Source: Methylococcaceae bacterium
GTDB taxonomy: Bacteria; Pseudomonadota; Gammaproteobacteria; Methylococcales; Methylomonadaceae
DNA length: 64,000 nt
Reading direction: 5' to 3'
Assembly (NCBI GenBank): GCA_021647585.1
Contig: JAKIUK010000014.1
Coordinates: 3,785 to 67,784, forward strand
Shown: piece by piece, positions 59,498 to 64,000 of the stretch
Layout: each line of letters starts with the position of its first letter
Numbering within the stretch: the first letter of the stretch is position 1
Notes under the pieces: model-generated
Seen by the model: only the letters and a program-made list of their open reading frames with translations
What the model was told of the DNA's origin: nothing
Databases searched by the model: none
Translations under genes and position numbers: made by a program

Positions 59498-60582
59498 TGA
59501 AAGCATCAATACAAATAAAACTTGAGAACCTTGGCGAACGCTTTGAAGAAATTGCAGCACTTCTATCCCAACCTGAAGTACAAAACAACCAAAACAAATT
59601 CCGTTCATTGAGCCAGGAATATGCACAAATTGATCCCATTGTTACGTGTTATAGACAGTATCAGCAGAATCAGGACAACCTTGATGCCGCTAATGAAATG
59701 ACCAAAGACCCGGATCCGGAACTGCGGGAAATGGCCAAAGAAGAACAACAAGAATCGGAGAAACTGAAACAAGGTTTAGAACATCAGTTACAAGTTCTGC
59801 TATTACCAAAAGATCCAAATGATAACCGAAATGTTTTTTTAGAAGTCAGAGCTGGAACGGGAGGCGATGAAGCTGCTATATTTTCAGGTGACCTGGCAAA
59901 AATGTATCAGCGTTTTGCTGAGAAGAAAGGCTGGAATATTGAAATCATCAATGAAAACAGAAGTGATCACGGTGGCTATAAAGAAATTATTCTGCGTATT
60001 GCCGGGCAAGATGTTTACTCACAATTAAAATTTGAATCCGGTGCCCACCGTGTCCAACGTGTGCCTGAAACAGAGTCTCAAGGCCGGGTCCATACCTCTG
60101 CATGTACGGTAGCCATCATGCCTGAAGTTGAAAGTGTTGATGAATATGAGATAAAGTCAGCAGATTTGCGTGTGGATACTTTCAGAGCCTCGGGTTCTGG
60201 TGGCCAGCATGTCAACAAAACGGACTCTGCGATTAGACTCACCCACATTCCGACAGGTGTAGTCGTGGAATGTCAGGATGAGCGCTCTCAGCATAAAAAC
60301 AGAGCACGCGCCATGTCACTTTTACAATCACGATTATTAACTGCAGAACAGGATAAACAACAGGCAGAACAGGCTGAAACCAGAAAGCTACAAGTTGGAT
60401 CTGGCGATCGCTCTGAACGCATTCGTACCTATAACTATCCACAAGGTCGCATGACAGACCATCGTATCAATTTAACCCTGTATAAACTTGATGAAATTAT
60501 GCAAGGTGGACTTGAGCATGTGATTAAGCCTTTAATTAACGAACATCAAGCAGAACTACTCATGCAATTGGGTAATGACTGA
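59497..60582 (+). CDS. prfA: peptide chain release factor 1
   Basis: 361 aa; [14 protein letters not shown] (GGQ) and PET tripeptide (QRVPETES) specific for RF1; TAATG overlap with hemA. Confidence 0.97.
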   Translation: MKASIQIKLENLGERFEEIAALLSQPEVQNNQNKFRSLSQEYAQIDPIVTCYRQYQQNQDNLDAANEMTKDPDPELREMAKEEQQESEKLKQGLEHQLQVLLLPKDPNDNRNVFLEVRAGTGGDEAAIFSGDLAKMYQRFAEKKGWNIEIINENRSDHGGYKEIILRIAGQDVYSQLKFESGAHRVQRVPETESQGRVHTSACTVAIMPEVESVDEYEIKSADLRVDTFRASGSGGQHVNKTDSAIRLTHIPTGVVVECQDERSQHKNRARAMSLLQSRLLTAEQDKQQAEQAETRKLQVGSGDRSERIRTYNYPQGRMTDHRINLTLYKLDEIMQGGLEHVIKPLINEHQAELLMQLGND

Positions 60583-61417
60583 TATCCAAACAACCCTTAC
60601 AACAGCAACAAAATGTTTGCAACCGTCCTCTGATTCAGCTGCGCTAGATGCAGAGGTTCTGCTCTGTCATGTGTTAGATAAACCGCGCTCACACCTTAGA
60701 GCCTGGCCAGAAAAAAAGTTACAATCAGCAGAATTCACAAATTTCCAGCAACTTCTTGAGCAACGCCAACAAGGCGTACCTATTGCTTATATTACAGGCC
60801 ATCGGGAATTTTGGTCGCGTGATTTCAAAGTCTGCTCTGATGTTTTAATTCCCAGACCTGACACAGAATTACTGATTGAACTCAGTTTGCAGCTGATTGA
60901 CAATAAATCAAAAGTTCGCCTGCTTGATTTAGGCACTGGCTCAGGTATTATTGCTATTACCCTGGCAGCAGAAAAACCGTCAATAGAAGTGATAGCAACG
61001 GACCTAAGTAACAAAGCATTGAACATAGCAAAACAAAACGCTAAAACACACCACATCAACAATATTCACTTCATTCAATCATGCTGGTTTGATCAAGTCA
61101 TTCAGCTCAAATTTGATTTGGTTGTTAGTAACCCGCCCTATATTGAGCATAACGACCCTCATTTATCTCAAGGAGACTTACGTTTTGAACCAGAGAGCGC
61201 ATTAGTTGCAGCTGACCGGGGACTTAAAGATATAAATACCATATGCAATCATGCATACAATTATCTAACACCAGACGGCACCCTCCTTATTGAACACGGT
61301 TTTGATCAACAGTCGGCCGTTCAAGCCATTTTTAAATCATTTGATTATCACAACATCAAAACACATACAGACCTGTCAGGAAACCCCAGAGTTACAACAG
61401 GACAATGGAATCCATAA
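60575..61417 (+). CDS. prmC: release factor glutamine N5-methyltransferase
   Basis: 280 aa; [15 protein letters not shown] motif, VSNPPY catalytic motif. Confidence 0.95.
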   Translation: MTDIQTTLTTATKCLQPSSDSAALDAEVLLCHVLDKPRSHLRAWPEKKLQSAEFTNFQQLLEQRQQGVPIAYITGHREFWSRDFKVCSDVLIPRPDTELLIELSLQLIDNKSKVRLLDLGTGSGIIAITLAAEKPSIEVIATDLSNKALNIAKQNAKTHHINNIHFIQSCWFDQVIQLKFDLVVSNPPYIEHNDPHLSQGDLRFEPESALVAADRGLKDINTICNHAYNYLTPDGTLLIEHGFDQQSAVQAIFKSFDYHNIKTHTDLSGNPRVTTGQWNP

Positions 61418-61836
61418 TGCAAACTCAAGAAATACAATTATCCAGAAAAATCACTACCCAACTGCTACATTTAGCACAAATTTCTCCTGATCAGGAAATT
61501 TGTGGCTTAATTGGAGCGCATAAAGGGATTGCCACGACCTGTTATCCAATAAATAACACTGCCAAGCATCCTGAAACACGTTTTCAACTGGATGCAAAAC
61601 AACAAATTAGCGCAATATCTACCATGCGCGATAAAAATGAAGCTCTTTTTGCCATATTTCACTCTCACCCAACATCGCCTGCAACCCCTTCATCTACAGA
61701 TATAAAACTTGCCACCTATCCTGATGCCGTTTATTTAATCATTTCACTCAATACAAAAGGCGTGCTAGAAATTCGTGGATTTAAAATTAATAGTAAATCC
61801 GTTGAAGAAATGTCTCTTAGCTTATTATCAGACTAA
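61405..61836 (+). CDS. JAB/MPN (Mov34) family metalloprotease-like protein
   Basis: EICGLI ... HSHPTSPATPSSTD = JAMM motif (E, HxH, S, D); alternative start ATG 61417 overlapping the prmC TAA. Confidence 0.85.
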   Translation: MESIMQTQEIQLSRKITTQLLHLAQISPDQEICGLIGAHKGIATTCYPINNTAKHPETRFQLDAKQQISAISTMRDKNEALFAIFHSHPTSPATPSSTDIKLATYPDAVYLIISLNTKGVLEIRGFKINSKSVEEMSLSLLSD

Positions 61837-61892
61837 CAATCCCATAAGACTATTCTACATTTAATGCCATTAAATAGCGCTCATGAAATTTA

Positions 61893-62096
61893 ATGAATAA
61901 AATTGTTCAGGATGTGTAAAAGTAGCTAAAAAGAAAACAAGTATTAAATTATCTGGCAAACATTGAACCTTGCCTGGTTGTCATGGAAGCTTGTGGGGGT
62001 GCCAATTATTGGGCGGGTGAAATAATAGCCCTTGGCCATGAGGTAAAACTGATTGCTCCACAGTATATAAAACCGATAGCGAATGTTTTCAACTGA
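61893..62096 (+). pseudogene. IS110-family transposase, N-terminal fragment (degraded)
   Basis: KRKQVLNYLANIEPCLVVMEACGGANYWAGEIIALGHEVKLIAPQYIKP matches the conserved DEDD-domain N-terminal region of IS110-family transposases; frame broken upstream, similarity ends near 62075. Confidence 0.7.
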
Positions 62097-62202
62097 TCCA
62101 CTGAAAAAGAAGCATTAAGTTTAATTCAGAAAAAGTGAAATTAATCGTGGTCTGTCCCGAATGGCACTTACTTAAGAACAAAACACTTTTAATTACAATC
62201 AC

Positions 62203-63591
62203 TTACTTTGTTTTCTTTGGGTGACCATTTTTTCTAATCTCTGCTCTTGCTTCTTCTCTAGGCTTCATCAGCAAGGAAAACGGCTTTGGCCTTCGTTTAA
62301 CTGCACGGGGTTCTATTCGACCCGGGCGATTTCCAATTTTCTTCTGGGAGATCATAACAAAGAGTAATTCCTGATTTGTTTCATGACCGATGTATGCGCC
62401 TTGTTGATTCCAAGCCAACCATAATTGTAAGGTATGTTTAAAACTAAGATGACGCGGAATGATGTCTGCTAATAAGGCAGACTGAGCCATTAATAGCCGT
62501 ATCAAGTTATAGGCTAAAAAGTAAATCCATATTTCTTTTTCACTCATTTCAGGTGTTTTGCAGCTTAATGTTTCCATACCCATTGTTGTTTTTATATTCC
62601 GAAAATCGACTTCGATTTGCCATCGACTTTTATAGAGAGACTTTAATTCCGCTTTTGAAACATCTTTGGATGATAATAATGTCGTGATGAGTATTTTGCC
62701 CTTGATATATAGCTCGCGAATAACCAGTGTTTCGGGTTCGCTATCATACTGTTCCTGGCTCATCCAGTCAGGCTTTATCTTTGGTTTGGTCAGTTCAATC
62801 AAATGATCCTTAGAACCTAGCGGCTTACCTTTTCTAAAATCAGTGATCCGCTTCCGGGCACCCATTTGTTCAAATACCGCATCAACACCTCTTTCACGTA
62901 GAGAGGCTAATAAAAAATAGGTGCCATAAAATGCATCTCCAAGAACAAGATCACCTGATTTAAATGTATCGATGACATTACGCAACAAGCTCTGTTCATC
63001 CGACCCTTTGCCTTTAAAGGGTCCGATAGATGCATTTAAAACAGCTCCGCTAGAAAGGCAGATTACACCAACAAGGCGGCAGATAGGAAAACCTAGCCCT
63101 GGCTTTTGGCCACTCTGCTGAGGATAAATCGCTTGATTTTCCTCTGTATCAGGCATTGTGACTGTTGTCCCATCAATTAAATGTACACGCCTGCCTTGCC
63201 AACACCATTGTTCAGGTATTTGATTGTTAATGAGGTCGCCAGTTTGACAAACCAATTCAGATACCATCGTTAAGGGCAAACGTTGTCTTGCTTTGCAATA
63301 GCCTCCCATCGCTGTGCTAATCGTGGGGAGTCCACCTATAATTCGTTGTATCGCCGCATCATTAACGGCTTTTTGACATGAGCGATCTTCATTCAATGCC
63401 TGAGCTAAAAACATAGAGAGGGTTTCTGTGGGTGGGTAGAGCCGTTCTCGATGTTCTGGTAACAATTCTTCTACGGTGGATAGTAGCTCTGGGCTAGTCA
63501 ACAGATTAAAAAATTTAAAGGAGTCACTATTTTTTGCGTGTTTTTGAATTCTTTGTTGTTGGCAGCGTGAAAATTTGGTATTAATGAACAT
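62203..63591 (-). CDS. IS4-family DDE transposase
   Basis: 462 aa; DDE candidates HLIDGTT, VLGDAFYG, and an exact Y-2-R-3-E-6-K signature in YKSRWQIEVDFRNIK. Confidence 0.9.
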   Translation of the reverse strand: MFINTKFSRCQQQRIQKHAKNSDSFKFFNLLTSPELLSTVEELLPEHRERLYPPTETLSMFLAQALNEDRSCQKAVNDAAIQRIIGGLPTISTAMGGYCKARQRLPLTMVSELVCQTGDLINNQIPEQWCWQGRRVHLIDGTTVTMPDTEENQAIYPQQSGQKPGLGFPICRLVGVICLSSGAVLNASIGPFKGKGSDEQSLLRNVIDTFKSGDLVLGDAFYGTYFLLASLRERGVDAVFEQMGARKRITDFRKGKPLGSKDHLIELTKPKIKPDWMSQEQYDSEPETLVIRELYIKGKILITTLLSSKDVSKAELKSLYKSRWQIEVDFRNIKTTMGMETLSCKTPEMSEKEIWIYFLAYNLIRLLMAQSALLADIIPRHLSFKHTLQLWLAWNQQGAYIGHETNQELLFVMISQKKIGNRPGRIEPRAVKRRPKPFSLLMKPREEARAEIRKNGHPKKTK

Positions 63592-63592
63592 T

Positions 63593-63663
63593 AAGGCAGG
63601 GTCCTTGGTGATTGCTTATTTGTTTTGTGGCAATCAGTTTATCATCAACCCTGCCTTTTTTAT
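63593..63663. promoter_or_regulatory. nested stem-loop plus T-run over the transposase 5' UTR/RBS
   Basis: AAGGCAGGGT (63593-602)/ACCCTGCCTT (63648-657) with inner TGATTGC/GCAATCA stem, followed by a T-run on the plus strand; overlaps the AAGGA Shine-Dalgarno of the transposase. Confidence 0.45.
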
Positions 63664-63711
63664 TGTTTTCAAATAGTTATGGCTTAAGTAAGTGCCATTC
63701 AGACCTGACCC

Positions 63712-63999
63712 TATTTTTTTGCTATTTTTTCCTATCCCTCGAATCCGTTTGAACGCTATGCTGATGATAGTGTTGTCCACTGTGATTCAAAAGCACAGGC
63801 AATGGAACTGAAAACTGCAATAGCAAAAAGAATGGAGCAGTGTGGTTTGGAACTGCATCCTGAGAAGACTAAGATAGTCTACTGTATGGATGCAAGCCGC
63901 ACTGAGAATCATGATCTCCATAGTTTTGATTTTTTGGGTTTTTTTTTCAGGCCAAGGCTTTCACGTAATAAGTATGGACAATACTTTGTTAACTTTTCT
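63712..63999 (+). pseudogene. group II intron reverse transcriptase/maturase, 5'-truncated fragment (continues past window end)
   Basis: Hand translation: PFERYADDSVVHC...LELHPEKTKIVYC...FDFLGFFFRPR = RT motifs 5-7 of group II intron-encoded proteins; reading frame begins right at the IS4 right end, upstream RT motifs absent. Confidence 0.8.
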
Positions 64000-64000
64000 C

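Larger units (their letters stand above)
62149..63710 (-). mobile_element. IS4-family insertion sequence, about 1.56 kb, apparently intact
   Basis: Imperfect terminal IRs: GGTCTGTCCCGAATGGCACTTACTTAAG (62149-62176) versus the reverse complement of CTTAAGTAAGTGCCATTCAGACCTGACC (63683-63710), with an 18-bp perfect core; single transposase ORF inside. Confidence 0.85.

Noticed and set aside
63712-63999. Considered the RT fragment as part of a retron, DGR or Abi-type defence RT
   Set aside because: The motif context FERYADD...HPEKTKIVYC...FDFLGF..RPR is characteristic of group II intron maturase-RTs. It is truncated by an IS, with no accessory genes visible in the window.

Overview
AT-rich gammaproteobacterial chromosome segment, almost entirely core housekeeping genes. 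(1) 1-21 kb carries mixed-strand metabolic and maintenance genes: M23 peptidase tail, anmK, erpA, argC, a Qor-like oxidoreductase, sseA, an uncharacterised 471-aa protein, a 974-aa Cache/HAMP/GAF/HD-GYP sensor, ubiA, hldE, arsC, wrbA, DUF2069, hda, panE, a stand-alone second EF-G paralogue, sodB, a CYTH protein, a secreted TPR-like protein and fdxA. (2) 21.9-58.1 kb is one uninterrupted minus-strand block: TPR lipoprotein-lolB-ispE-tRNA-Gln-prs-ctc-pth-tRNA(Tyr,Gly,Thr,Trp)-secE-nusG-rplKAJL-rpoBC-rpsLG-fusA-tuf, followed by the S10, spc and alpha operons. rpmJ, which the ORF track missed, lies in this block. (3) 58.2-61.8 kb holds hemA-prfA-prmC plus a small JAB/MPN protein. (4) 61.9-64.0 kb is a patch of mobile DNA: an IS110-family transposase fragment, an apparently intact IS4-family element, and a group II intron reverse-transcriptase fragment cut off at the IS boundary. 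I cannot support a new multi-gene system (defence, secretion or similar) from the sequence. The features most worth a second look are a 187-bp MITE-like element with perfect 18-bp TIRs and a 6-bp duplication abutting ubiA; a 1-kb ORF-free spacer downstream of rplQ containing a 17-bp long-range helix; the unassignable 471-aa protein beside the HD-GYP sensor, whose HD and GYP motifs are unusually far apart; and the mobile-element mosaic at the 3' end.
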